A program made the translations under genes and the position numbers. The notes beneath the pieces were generated by a model that saw nothing but the letters and a program-made list of their open reading frames with translations, did no database searches and was not told the DNA's origin. Shown here piece after piece: positions 1 through 8,528 of a stretch of 24,012 bases of DNA (position 1 is the first letter of the stretch; the number at the start of each line of letters is the position of its first letter). The stretch covers positions 1 through 24,012 of IMG/VR virus record IMGVR_UViG_2675903504_000004; one strand, written 5' to 3'. This stretch comes from a virus (taxonomy: Duplodnaviria; Heunggongvirae; Uroviricota; Caudoviricetes).

Positions 1-1062
1 TTCTCCCAAACCAAGGTATGTGAGAAGACCAGTTACATCCTTTCCACTCAAATTAGTCAGCGTATTGTCCAGCGGTTGTTTACCTGCCAGTGCATTAAGC
101 ATTGTCGTGGCAAAGTTCGGGTCATTCCCCAGCGCCGCCGCCAGTTCGTTCAGTGTATCCAGTGCCGCAGGTGCAGAACCCACCATTGCCGCAATCGCCG
201 ATTTCACAAATGCCGTGGTGGCAATTTGTGTATTGTTGACCGACTGTGCCGCAGTAGGTGCGGTTGGCGTTCCGGTGAGTGCCGGACTCGACAGCGGCGC
301 TTTCAGTTCCAGCGCATTGTTAATGGTGGTACTGAATTTCGGATCATTGTTAATGGCTGCGGCTATTTCTTTCAGCGTGTCCAGCGTGGCTGGCGCACCA
401 TTAATAAGGGCCGTCAGTGCCGCCTGTACAAACGCAGTGGTCGCAACCTGCGTGGTATTATTCCCCGCCGCTGGCGTTGGCGCTTTGGGGGTTCCGGTAA
501 ATGTCGGGCTGGCTTTTGGCGCGTACTGTGAATGCGGGTCCGGTGCGGCAAGATGTTTTGCCATCTGATCATCCGCGTACACCTTCAGCTCCAGTGCCTT
601 GTCATCCACATACTTGCGGGTTGCCAGCACTACAGCAGGGTCGATTTTCAGGGTGATATTGTCCGTGCTGCTGGTAATCAGCACCATGCGCACGGTCTGA
701 GTGCGCCCGCTACCTTCAGCCAGTTGCGGCTTATAGCTTTCCGGGCAGTTGCCCACGGCAATCAATGCCTCGGACTCATCAAACAGGCCCACTTCACGTA
801 TCCACCAACCGCCCTCGTTTTCAGGGATCACCTGTTCGGCAATAATCTGGCTGCTGTTCTGCGGGTCGATATAAAGCATATTCAGCGCAGCCCGGCGTTT
901 CTCATTTACCAGTGCCGTCTGCTTTGCGTCCGGCGTTGGCAATACTCCACCGCCATCGCCCACCGCCATATGGGTAATTTTTAGCGGCACACCGAGCGCG
1001 GCGGCGCTGGCAAGTTTCGCCGCGCCAATATCCGTCAGCAGGGTATAAAATTTTGTGCTCAT
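1..1062 (-). CDS. H: Tail fibre protein gpH, N-terminal ~354 codons; 3' end lies beyond the window start (partial)
   Basis: Minus-strand frame starting at ATG 1062 (ATGA overlap with the stop of I) translates MSTKFYTLLTDIGAAKLASAAALGVPLKITHMAVGDGGG..., which matches the conserved N-terminus of P2-family tail fibre H. It is absent from the ORF track because it has no in-window stop. Position after I fits P2 gene order. The frame was not checked codon by codon to position 1. Confidence 0.8.
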   Translation of the reverse strand, partial: MSTKFYTLLTDIGAAKLASAAALGVPLKITHMAVGDGGGVLPTPDAKQTALVNEKRRAALNMLYIDPQNSSQIIAEQVIPENEGGWWIREVGLFDESEALIAVGNCPESYKPQLAEGSGRTQTVRMVLITSSTDNITLKIDPAVVLATRKYVDDKALELKVYADDQMAKHLAAPDPHSQYAPKASPTFTGTPKAPTPAAGNNTTQVATTAFVQAALTALINGAPATLDTLKEIAAAINNDPKFSTTINNALELKAPLSSPALTGTPTAPTAAQSVNNTQIATTAFVKSAIAAMVGSAPAALDTLNELAAALGNDPNFATTMLNALAGKQPLDNTLTNLSGKDVTGLLTYLGLGE

Positions 1063-1664
1063 GGATTCACTCTCATTGTGTCAATAACATGGACCGCCCC
1101 GCCTTCATGCGCGGTGCCACCGGAAATAATCGTTTCGTTGATATACGGATAGATCGTGATTTCTTCGCCAAGATAGCTGGCGGCTCCCACCCAATGCGGG
1201 CCGCTGGTCTGCAGATTGATGGACATGCCGATCATGTGGCGGCTACATGGTTTGGCATCGCTTATCAGTCGCTCAAGTTCCAGATAGGTATCTTCAGTGA
1301 TGCCCTGGTCCTGCACGCCGATATCCAGGCGAAACGTGCCCGGTGTTTCTCCGGTCTGCCACCACTCAATAATGCGGATCAGGAATCCGAACGGCTCCAC
1401 CACCCGCCGCACGGCACTGGTGGTCCCTTTATGCTGATGAATATAAAAAGCATCCTTCACCACCTGGCGCTTGACGCTTTCTGTCCAGCCCTCGTCCCAG
1501 CGATCCACAGAGAACGCCCAGGCGAGATAAGGCAGGAAACTGACCGGACAGGTTGCCGGATTCCACAAGTCACGAAGCGGCACCTGCAGATCAGAAATCC
1601 CGCTGCAGGTTTGCGCCAGTCGGCGCTCCAGTGGTGTTGAACCCGGTGGCAGCAGACTATTCAT
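1059..1664 (-). CDS. I: Baseplate assembly protein gpI
   Basis: ORF-track protein MNSLLPPGSTPLERRL...LPYLAWAFSVDRWD... resembles P2 gpI; ATG at 1664 confirmed in sequence; synteny J-I-H. Confidence 0.9.
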   Translation of the reverse strand: MNSLLPPGSTPLERRLAQTCSGISDLQVPLRDLWNPATCPVSFLPYLAWAFSVDRWDEGWTESVKRQVVKDAFYIHQHKGTTSAVRRVVEPFGFLIRIIEWWQTGETPGTFRLDIGVQDQGITEDTYLELERLISDAKPCSRHMIGMSINLQTSGPHWVGAASYLGEEITIYPYINETIISGGTAHEGGAVHVIDTMRVNP

Positions 1665-2565
1665 CCGTTCCTCCGTTGGTTACGCTCCACTGCGTACATG
1701 ATGCCGCCTGTGTTTTGTTCAGGACCACATCCGCCAGAGGAGAAGCCAGCTCCACACGCTGCACCCCCTCAACATGCAGGGCGGCAAAGATGGCGCTACG
1801 GCGAATATCCCGACCAAGACGCGTCTGACTGGCGATGTACTTCTGCAGGCTGGCTTTTGCCGCTGCCATTACCGGCTCTGCTTCCGGTCCAGGATAGAGA
1901 AAAATGGTGGCTTCCACGCGATACGGGATGATTTCTGCGCTGCGAACCGTAAGACGGTCAGCCACCGGGCGGACGTTCTCACTGTTCAGAGCTTTTTCCA
2001 CCACGTCCAGCAGGTCTTTTTCTGCAGTTCCATCGCCTTCGCGGCTAAGGACAGTCAGCACCACCTCTGCAGGTGCCGGGCTGGTTGCACTGGCATCCGC
2101 CACCCGACCGTCGGCGCTTCGGGCATGAAATTCATAAGCTGCAGTTGGCCCCGCAACAGAAAGCCCTTCAAAGGCTGCAGGCACACGCAGGCGCAACGCT
2201 TCATCGCTTTCCATCACAGCTGCAACGGGCGGCACAGCATCATTATCAGCAGGCGTCACCGTCAGGCGTGTCACGTTGTAGTTGGCAGCGAGCTGGTCAA
2301 GATCGCCGCCCATCGCGTAAGCCACCATCACCGCCTGCGCGGCTTCGTTAATGCGCTGGCGCAGAAGCAACTCACGGTAAGCGTTCTCCTGCAACAATTT
2401 AGTGGCGGGTTCAGATTCCAGTTCCAGCGTGCGGATCACTGCTTCCTGCTCATCTTTCGGATGAAGCGCCACAAATTCTGCCTTGCGTTCGGCAAGCAGC
2501 GTCTCAAAGTCCGGCACATCCACAATCTGCGGTGCAGGCAACTGCGAAAGGTCAATCACTGCCAT
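1657..2565 (-). CDS. J: Baseplate assembly protein gpJ
   Basis: Protein from MAVIDLSQLPAP... aligns along its length with P2 gpJ as remembered. Start refined to the ATG at 2565, preceded by AGGAG at 7 nt; the ORF-track start at 2604 is an upstream extension. Confidence 0.9.
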   Translation of the reverse strand: MAVIDLSQLPAPQIVDVPDFETLLAERKAEFVALHPKDEQEAVIRTLELESEPATKLLQENAYRELLLRQRINEAAQAVMVAYAMGGDLDQLAANYNVTRLTVTPADNDAVPPVAAVMESDEALRLRVPAAFEGLSVAGPTAAYEFHARSADGRVADASATSPAPAEVVLTVLSREGDGTAEKDLLDVVEKALNSENVRPVADRLTVRSAEIIPYRVEATIFLYPGPEAEPVMAAAKASLQKYIASQTRLGRDIRRSAIFAALHVEGVQRVELASPLADVVLNKTQAASCTQWSVTNGGTDE

Positions 2566-2911
2566 TCTCTGCTCCTGTTGATACGGAAAGGGACACAGGC
2601 ACACCGTTATTCCGCCGCCCGGTCAGCTCCACCACCATTGAACCGTCAAAATTGCTGTTGATGGTGATGGAATCCAGCGTCAACCGTGGCTCCCAGCGAC
2701 TCAGCGCCACATACACTGCCGACATGACCTGCAGGCGTAATGCCGGATTTTGTGGCTGATCTATCAGTGCCGACAGCAGGGAACCATATTCCCGGCGGGC
2801 AATACGGCTACCCTGCGGTGTCAGCAGAATGTCCCGCACCGACTGGCGCAGATGATCAATATCAGTAATGACTTTGCCGCTGGTATTGTTCATCCCGCTA
2901 TAAAGCGTCAT
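2552..2911 (-). CDS. W: Baseplate protein gpW (GPW/gp25 family)
   Basis: 119-aa protein with ...GSRIARREYGSLLSALIDQPQ..., typical of P2 gpW; ATG at 2911 overlaps the V stop (ATGA). Confidence 0.9.
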   Translation of the reverse strand: MTLYSGMNNTSGKVITDIDHLRQSVRDILLTPQGSRIARREYGSLLSALIDQPQNPALRLQVMSAVYVALSRWEPRLTLDSITINSNFDGSMVVELTGRRNNGVPVSLSVSTGAENGSD

Positions 2912-3486
2912 ACCGGGCCTCCGGTTGTATCGCCGCCTTTCAGGACGCCAGTATGCTGATGCGCATCAACCACGATCCCGTTAGAACTCATCGCTCCGCC
3001 GCCCTGGGTAACGCCACCATTGATCACCACTTCGCTGTTAATGCGCGTGCGGTCAGCCTCCAGTACAAACTCACTGGTTTTCATGGTGATGTTGTCAGCA
3101 GCCTCAATGACCATTGATTTGATGCCCCTGACATACCAGCGCCCGGTGGCGGGTTCGTATTCAAACCAGCCACCGTCAGGATGTTCTGTCACGCAGGCGT
3201 CCGCCGACGTCGACGGTGGTGCGAACTGATTCGAATAGACAGCGGGCAGCGCAAAGGCGGTTTCCAGATTGCCGCCCAGACTCAGCAGCACCACCTGCTC
3301 ACCTTCCGATGGTCGCCACCATGTACGGGCATTCCCGGCACGCAGCGTCAGCCAGCTGATCCAGTTGGTTTCAAGCTCGCCCGTTTTCACCCGGCAAAGC
3401 CAGTTTTCCCTGTCCACTTCGGTGACTACCCCTGTGCGGATCAGGTTGGTGATAAGGCGCATGATTTCGGTTAATTGTGCGTTCAT
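2908..3486 (-). CDS. V: Baseplate spike protein gpV
   Basis: 192-aa protein MNAQLTEIMRLITNLIRTG... with ...WWRPSEGEQVVLLSLGG..., similar to P2 gpV; synteny S-V-W. Confidence 0.9.
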   Translation of the reverse strand: MNAQLTEIMRLITNLIRTGVVTEVDRENWLCRVKTGELETNWISWLTLRAGNARTWWRPSEGEQVVLLSLGGNLETAFALPAVYSNQFAPPSTSADACVTEHPDGGWFEYEPATGRWYVRGIKSMVIEAADNITMKTSEFVLEADRTRINSEVVINGGVTQGGGAMSSNGIVVDAHQHTGVLKGGDTTGGPV

Positions 3487-3531
3487 AGGGAAAGGTTGCC
3501 ATCAGGGGAAGAAAGGCGGCAGTGCTGCAAC

Positions 3532-3551
3532 TTGTATCAGTGCTGATACAA
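3532..3551 (-). promoter_or_regulatory. Candidate late-promoter activator site (Ogr/Delta-type TGT-N12-ACA dyad) upstream of V
   Basis: Perfect inverted repeat TTGTATCAG-TG-CTGATACAA containing TGT-N12-ACA, in the S-V intergenic gap about 55 bp upstream of the V start codon. P2 has a late promoter in front of V. Confidence 0.5.
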
Positions 3552-3554
3552 AGA

Positions 3555-4001
3555 TCACCCCGCCAGCCATTGCAGAATCATGTCGCGGGTCATTGCCTCA
3601 ACATCATCATTTACACCCAGAAGGCGACGCTCTGCGTAACGCACCTCCGGTCCCTTACGACTGACGCGATCTCGCAGGCCGTAATGGTGAACGCGGGCAA
3701 TGCGCTGCACCTTGCCTTCAAACTGCACGCTGGCAGAGTCGGCGCTGGCGGCAGTTTTCAGGTATTTTGTGGTGCGCAGCTTTGTAAACATCTGACGTTT
3801 GATGCGCCCCTTTTTGCTGCGTGCTGTTACTCTGCGCGGCTCATAACTGCTGCCATCTGGATTGCGCTGCATCCTGATGTTCTGTTGCTGTGTCCGGCGC
3901 AGTTCCTGCGCCAGCTGACGCATCATGCGGCTTCTTGCGACTGGCTCCAGATTCGCCAGCAAGGCACTCAGCCAGTCGTCTACTTTCTGCAGTTCAGCCA
4001 C
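3555..4001 (-). CDS. S: Tail completion protein gpS
   Basis: 148-aa protein; position and size match P2 gpS (virion morphogenesis family); apparent GTG start at 4001. Confidence 0.85.
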   Translation of the reverse strand: MAELQKVDDWLSALLANLEPVARSRMMRQLAQELRRTQQQNIRMQRNPDGSSYEPRRVTARSKKGRIKRQMFTKLRTTKYLKTAASADSASVQFEGKVQRIARVHHYGLRDRVSRKGPEVRYAERRLLGVNDDVEAMTRDMILQWLAG

Positions 4002-4425
4002 GTTTCACCGTCCACATTTCTTCAGGTTCATCGGGTTCCGTTATCGCTTCAACGCTCGACACACTTCCGTCAGTGCTGACCAGCACACGCTCCGTCAGCT
4101 GCAGGTTCAGGCTGATATCACAGACATCGTTGCGCAGAATATCCACTTCAAAGGTGAATAGCTTTTCCCGTAACGTCGGGTTATTGATGGCATCAGACTG
4201 GTTATCCCGCAGCCACAGCAAAACCGGGGCCATCAGCAGATTCTGGTCGCCGCTGAAATCTTCAATCACCACGTTAAGGGTGTAGCGGTACTCCCATGAC
4301 ATGGAGCTGGCCCCGGTGGCAACCAGCGAACCGTTATCCACAAACAGATGCAGTTTGTCCGGGTTATTACGGACATAAGGCACTGCTTTATTGAGGGCGT
4401 GGCGCAGGGATTGTGGTTTGTTCAC
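3994..4425 (-). CDS. R: Tail completion protein gpR
   Basis: Protein ...NKPQSLRHALNKAV...NPDKLHLFVDNGS... resembles P2 gpR. The ORF-track start at 4446 is TTG; a GTG at 4425 preceded by AGGAG at 7 nt is the more likely start. Confidence 0.85.
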   Translation of the reverse strand: MNKPQSLRHALNKAVPYVRNNPDKLHLFVDNGSLVATGASSMSWEYRYTLNVVIEDFSGDQNLLMAPVLLWLRDNQSDAINNPTLREKLFTFEVDILRNDVCDISLNLQLTERVLVSTDGSVSSVEAITEPDEPEEMWTVKRG

Positions 4426-4678
4426 TGTTTCGCTCCTGACACGCAATAATCATGTCCACTTTGTCTGCACAGACCGCCCAGGCGGCCTCCGTTTCATCCA
4501 GCAATGCGTTCAGATCACCGTTATTGTGTGGCGCTGCCTGATCCAGCTGACACGGCGTCACTCGCGGACAACCACTGACGGTAAGCTGCACCTCCGGTGA
4601 GTGCCGGACGTTCCCGCAGCCGGATAATGTCAGCAGGCAAAGGAGTATCAGCCCAGCGGCGTAAATCCTCGTTCTCAC
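4388..4678 (-). CDS. lysC: LysC, Rz1-like outer-membrane lipoprotein spanin, embedded in and extending past lysB
   Basis: 96-aa ORF in a different frame inside lysB; N-terminus MRTRIYAAGLILLCLLTLSGC has a signal peptide and lipobox (LSGC); GAGGA precedes the GTG start. Confidence 0.75.
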   Translation of the reverse strand: MRTRIYAAGLILLCLLTLSGCGNVRHSPEVQLTVSGCPRVTPCQLDQAAPHNNGDLNALLDETEAAWAVCADKVDMIIACQERNSEQTTIPAPRPQ

Positions 4679-4949
4679 GTTTCAGTTCCTCAATCCGGCG
4701 TTGTCGTTGTCTCAGCAGTGCACTGGTCTGTTCTGCTTCGGCATAGAGCCGCGCCTGCTCCCGGTTGTTAGTTTCAGTCAGAATGGACAGGCTGATAAGC
4801 TGGTTGTTGCTCTTTGCCAGCGCCTGGCTTTTGCTCTGCAGCTCGTCTGCCTGCGTGCTGATGGTCTGGCTGGCATCAGCCAGCCGCCACGTCTGCCAGC
4901 CCAGCGCCGTCAGTAATAACGCCAGCACACCCAGCAGCAACCGGTTCAT
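4521..4949 (-). CDS. lysB: LysB, Rz-like inner-membrane spanin
   Basis: 142-aa protein with an N-terminal TM segment (LLLGVLALLLTALGW) and a coiled-coil-like periplasmic region; follows lysA as in P2. Confidence 0.85.
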   Translation of the reverse strand: MNRLLLGVLALLLTALGWQTWRLADASQTISTQADELQSKSQALAKSNNQLISLSILTETNNREQARLYAEAEQTSALLRQRQRRIEELKRENEDLRRWADTPLPADIIRLRERPALTGGAAYRQWLSASDAVSAGSGSATQ

Positions 4950-5323
4950 GCTGCTACCTGTTGCGCCATCTGATTACGGGTGATCCAGAAGGCAATAACG
5001 GTCAGTAGATAAAAGACCAGGGTAATAGCCCACTCCGTCCAGGCGAGACTTACGACAATCAGCAATCGCATCACCCAGCTGATAAATACGTTTTCTTTTC
5101 GGGTAATTGTCTTCAGCAAAGATGCCCTCAACTCCTGCCAGAGCGGGCTATTCTTAATTAACGCAGCCAGTGCTACCGGAATTACCGCCCATGTCAGCAA
5201 ACAGGCTACCCAAACGCCGGACGCTGCCAGTACCGGAAAAATCCCCTGCGGATACACCATTGCGGCGATTAACAGCGCCATCCATAACATCAGAAACAGC
5301 CCGCTGATTAATTTCTTTTTCAT
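4946..5323 (-). CDS. lysA: LysA, membrane lysis-timing protein
   Basis: Strongly hydrophobic protein (MKKKLISGLFLMLWMALLIAAMVY...) after endolysin K. Start placed at ATG 5323 (GGGAG upstream, directly after the K stop), not the ORF-track start 5395, which would overlap K by 70 nt. Confidence 0.7.
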   Translation of the reverse strand: MKKKLISGLFLMLWMALLIAAMVYPQGIFPVLAASGVWVACLLTWAVIPVALAALIKNSPLWQELRASLLKTITRKENVFISWVMRLLIVVSLAWTEWAITLVFYLLTVIAFWITRNQMAQQVAA

Positions 5324-5324
5324 T

Positions 5325-5837
5325 TCAGTTTGCTCCCTGTAAACACCAGGCCATCTCCCGCGCACGGCGGTTATCCAGCCCCTGATTAAACACACCTTTT
5401 ACATAAACCCAGCGCGGCAACTGTCGGCACGCATCCGCCCAGCGCCGCTGATTGAGTAATTTCACCAGCGTGGAACTGCAGGCATTGCCCGTTCCCACGT
5501 TGAAGGCAAACGACACCGCAGCGTCATATACCTTCTGCGGCGGCTGTTGTTTCACACACCTTTCCAGCGCCCGCTCCACACGTAGCACGTTGGAAATCAG
5601 TCCTTCTGCTGCCTGTCGTTCCGTAATGGTTTTGCCGGGAATGACGCCTGACGTGTTACCAATGCCGTCGGTCCAGACGCCCGCGCTGCACTGATACGGC
5701 TGCAGACGACAGCCTTCGTAATCGGCAATCAGTTTCAGCCCCTCCACGGAGGTGTGAAGCTGCTGAAACCCCGGCAGCGTGGCAGCAATAGCCAGCACGG
5801 CCCCGACAAGGCAGCGTTTAACGATTGATGGATTCAT
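5325..5837 (-). CDS. K: Endolysin, GH24 phage-lysozyme type with N-terminal signal-anchor-release (SAR)-like segment
   Basis: N-terminal weakly hydrophobic Gly/Ala-rich segment (CLVGAVLAIAATLPG) followed by a T4-lysozyme-like region (EGLKLIADYEGCRLQPYQCSAGVWTDGIGNT); sits at the P2 K position. Confidence 0.85.
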   Translation of the reverse strand: MNPSIVKRCLVGAVLAIAATLPGFQQLHTSVEGLKLIADYEGCRLQPYQCSAGVWTDGIGNTSGVIPGKTITERQAAEGLISNVLRVERALERCVKQQPPQKVYDAAVSFAFNVGTGNACSSTLVKLLNQRRWADACRQLPRWVYVKGVFNQGLDNRRAREMAWCLQGAN

Positions 5838-6033
5838 AGTCCTCCCGCGAGATCTGCCCGTCGCGCAGAAGCTGGTAGGCTTTGTGTTTGTAGTACCAGT
5901 TGATAGCCAGCATCAGCACACCAATCATCAGGCCGCCCAGCGTTGAGGCATCCTTGATGGACAAATCGCCCAGCCAGGCCAGCACAACGGCGATGCAGTA
6001 CGTGATAAAGGCGCTGATTCGCTCAAGCGTCAT
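5818..6033 (-). CDS. Y: Holin (two-TM, pinholin-like)
   Basis: 71-aa protein with two hydrophobic segments and a charged C-terminus, immediately upstream of the endolysin. Confidence 0.85.
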   Translation of the reverse strand: MTLERISAFITYCIAVVLAWLGDLSIKDASTLGGLMIGVLMLAINWYYKHKAYQLLRDGQISREDYESINR

Positions 6034-6036
6034 AAT

Positions 6037-6240
6037 TCAGTCCCATAGCTGGACGGTCTGCACGGTGGTGGTGGTCGGAATGTCCGGCAGCTCCACCTGC
6101 AGCCCGTGAGGTAAAAAGGGGCCATATTCGGCAAGCCCCGGATTTGCCTTCAGTACCTGCTCCGTGACACCCTGCGTGCGCCCGTAATGACGCCAGCAAA
6201 GCGCGTCCACCGTGTCATACTGATGCGCACGCACTTTCAT
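6037..6240 (-). CDS. X: Tail protein X
   Basis: 67-aa protein MKVRAHQYDTVDALCWRHYGRTQGVTEQVLKANPGL... closely resembles P2 gpX. Confidence 0.9.
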   Translation of the reverse strand: MKVRAHQYDTVDALCWRHYGRTQGVTEQVLKANPGLAEYGPFLPHGLQVELPDIPTTTTVQTVQLWD

Positions 6241-6704
6241 CAGATAAGCTCCACTGTGCAGTGCGGCGCATCCTGCACCCGGCTGATAGCCCAGCGGGCG
6301 TCACGCCACAAATCACCGCTGGATTCCGCCAGTTCCTCGCCCCGCTTCACACCGGATGCCGTGGCGTCATAGTCCTGGTATCGTTCGTTGAGCATGGCGC
6401 GTGCCCAGCAGTAAACCGCGTTGAAATAGTGCTGAATGCGCTCACTTTTGCCGTCCAGCTGTTCCGCCGGAACCTCAGCCAGCGACACATACCCCAGCAT
6501 CTGCTGACGTCTGCGAAACTCATACAGCTCTGCGTTGACCTCCGAAATTGCCGACAGCGCAACCTGCTTTAAACGCGGCTGCGTCACCGTGCCGTCAGTG
6601 CGCATGACACTGCGAAACTCCGACAGGTCCACATCAGGCCAGAACGGCGTATTTCTGATGATTTCCGCCTGTTCCGGTGCCTGTTCTGGCGCAACAAACT
6701 TCAT
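6240..6704 (-). CDS. L: Head completion/stabilisation protein gpL
   Basis: Protein with ...NAELYEFRRRQQ... and ...DLWRDARWAISRVQ... resembles P2 gpL. Start set at ATG 6704 (AGGAGA at 8 nt); the ORF-track start 6767 is a GTG extension. Confidence 0.85.
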   Translation of the reverse strand: MKFVAPEQAPEQAEIIRNTPFWPDVDLSEFRSVMRTDGTVTQPRLKQVALSAISEVNAELYEFRRRQQMLGYVSLAEVPAEQLDGKSERIQHYFNAVYCWARAMLNERYQDYDATASGVKRGEELAESSGDLWRDARWAISRVQDAPHCTVELI

Positions 6705-6799
6705 GCTGCTTTCTCCTGAAATAGAGGGCGGTGGACGGGGTTTTGATGTGGCAGTGCCTTTCGCCACCCCGTGCCGCCCGTGCGCGGGGGCACGTTCTG

Positions 6800-7450
6800 T
6801 CAGCGGCTGTCATTGCGCAGTCTGCGCTCCAGCTGCTGTTTGTCTTTTTTCACGCCACAGCGGGGATCAAGCTGTAACGCATGGTTGAGATGATTAAGGG
6901 CGGAAGCCGGATTGCTTTCACTCAGGACAGCGCCAATCGCTTTATGCAGACGCGCCCGTGACTGGTCCGGCATATCCAGACCGTCTGTCAGCTCCAGCGT
7001 CTGCAACAACAGATCGGCATCAAAGCCGGTGGCGGCAAGCATTGCGCTCTGCGCGGCGTCTGCCATTTCCTCTGCCAGCACGGTCTGCACGTTGCGGTTA
7101 CCCAGCGGCATCACCCAGCCATGACGCAGGGCATGACGCCCGATCTCCAGCGCCCCGGCATAATCTCCGGCATCAATGCGCCACAGCATCACGTACATCA
7201 GCACGTCATCCTGTTGAGCGCCTCCGGCAGCCAGGACACCCTCTGCCCAGGCGGCGTACTTCGGCAGCAGCTCCACCTTGATTTCCGCTTTTTTGACCGT
7301 GGACTGAACGCCCTTGAGACGGCGGCGGTCTTCCGCCAGTTGCAGCAGCATCAGGTCATAGCCCGATGCGTGGCGAACACTGCCGCCCTCGCGGGCGGCC
7401 TGTTCAGCCTGAACGCGCAGGCGATGCTGCCGTGCGGGACTCAGGCTCAT
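6800..7450 (-). CDS. M: Terminase small (endonuclease) subunit gpM
   Basis: 216-aa protein; ...QQDDVLMYVMLWRIDAGDYAGALEIGRHALRHG... matches P2 gpM as remembered. Confidence 0.9.
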   Translation of the reverse strand: MSLSPARQHRLRVQAEQAAREGGSVRHASGYDLMLLQLAEDRRRLKGVQSTVKKAEIKVELLPKYAAWAEGVLAAGGAQQDDVLMYVMLWRIDAGDYAGALEIGRHALRHGWVMPLGNRNVQTVLAEEMADAAQSAMLAATGFDADLLLQTLELTDGLDMPDQSRARLHKAIGAVLSESNPASALNHLNHALQLDPRCGVKKDKQQLERRLRNDSR

Positions 7451-7453
7451 GGA

Positions 7454-8512
7454 TTACGCTCCGGTTTCGGCTGCGGCGGCGCTGAAATCACCAATCTGGA
7501 TGTTTTCCACCAGTGCGGCGCAGCGGTAGTCCTCAACCACATAGGCTTCATTAACGGATTCAAAGTTTTCAATCCGGTCACGTTTCGGGTTGTCGATAAC
7601 TGAACGGCGGCGGGTGTCTTCCTGCCAGTAGATGGACAGGTTATCCAGACGGGTGATCAGCAGTGCATTCGGCGGGAAGAACGGCGCACGCACGGCCTGC
7701 AGGCCACCCATGCGTTTCTGACTGATGATCATATCGGCAGCCAGTTTTTCACTGTTTTCCTGCTCTTTGTTGACCAGTGGGAAATACTTGTCAGACAACA
7801 GTTCACGACCGCAAATCACCACCAGATCGTCATCGTCCTGGTAGACCACGTCGATAAGCTCATTGACGGCATCCATCACCACGGCGTCCAGGTTGGCATA
7901 TTCGCCACCTTTCCCGACTTTCACCGCACCCGGTGTGGTTTCACCGCCCGTGGTAGTGCTGCCCATGACGTGATCCGGTGCATCCTCACGGATTTTCTGT
8001 AACCAGCCTTTGTTCACATCCTGCAGCAGCGGGTTTTCGCTACGGTTGGAGGTTTTCGCACGCTTCACGCCGTTAAAGCCGATCATGATGCGGTCCAGTG
8101 CCTGACGTTTCACGATGGCGTCACGGATACGCACCTGGAAATCCTGAAACTTCGCCCACAGGTCCAGCTTCGCGTAGGTCAGTACCGTGTCAAAGTTGGT
8201 CTGCTCGCATTTGTATTCCACATCGACCATCAGCGTAGGATCGACAGGTTCACGCTCTTTCGCGGTGGTGTCAGTGGTTCCGGCAATGGTGCTACCAACA
8301 CCCAACCCCAGCAGCTGACCGGACTGCTCAGTCACTGGCGTGACGTTAATCAGCGTCAGGAAAGCGGCGGACTGCTGGATCTGGTCTTCCAGCGTCTGCT
8401 GTACAGACGGCTCCACAGTGAACTTGCTGGACAGTTCTTCAACTGCCACACCGTTCAGACGCGCCAGCTGCTGCAGGTAAGCGTTAAAAGCAAAGCGGGT
8501 ATTCTTCTTCAT
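7454..8512 (-). CDS. N: Major capsid protein gpN
   Basis: 352-aa protein; ...FNAYL...FTVEPSVQQTL...IGFNGVKRA...VGKGG(E/D)YA(N/S)LDA..VMDA.N.LI... aligns with P2 gpN throughout. Confidence 0.95.
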   Translation of the reverse strand: MKKNTRFAFNAYLQQLARLNGVAVEELSSKFTVEPSVQQTLEDQIQQSAAFLTLINVTPVTEQSGQLLGLGVGSTIAGTTDTTAKEREPVDPTLMVDVEYKCEQTNFDTVLTYAKLDLWAKFQDFQVRIRDAIVKRQALDRIMIGFNGVKRAKTSNRSENPLLQDVNKGWLQKIREDAPDHVMGSTTTGGETTPGAVKVGKGGEYANLDAVVMDAVNELIDVVYQDDDDLVVICGRELLSDKYFPLVNKEQENSEKLAADMIISQKRMGGLQAVRAPFFPPNALLITRLDNLSIYWQEDTRRRSVIDNPKRDRIENFESVNEAYVVEDYRCAALVENIQIGDFSAAAAETGA

Positions 8513-8528
8513 CAGGTTTTGTGCTCCA

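Noticed and set aside
20-984. Plus-strand ORFs 20..568, 76..531 and 532..984 in the ORF track
   Set aside because: They lie antisense to the tail-fibre H coding frame, whose minus-strand translation matches the P2 gpH N-terminus. Long antisense ORFs are expected in GC-rich coding DNA.
1774-2661. 295-aa plus-strand ORF, and similar long ORFs at 3522..4079 (+), 10396..11079 (-) and 16443..16949 (+)
   Set aside because: Each is antisense to a confidently assigned phage gene (J, S, P, A) and has Arg/Cys/His-rich, low-complexity translations typical of spurious frames.
4946-5395. Longer 149-aa version of lysA, starting at 5395
   Set aside because: It would overlap the endolysin gene by about 70 nt. 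The internal ATG at 5323 lies directly after the K stop with a GGGAG SD. This remains uncertain.
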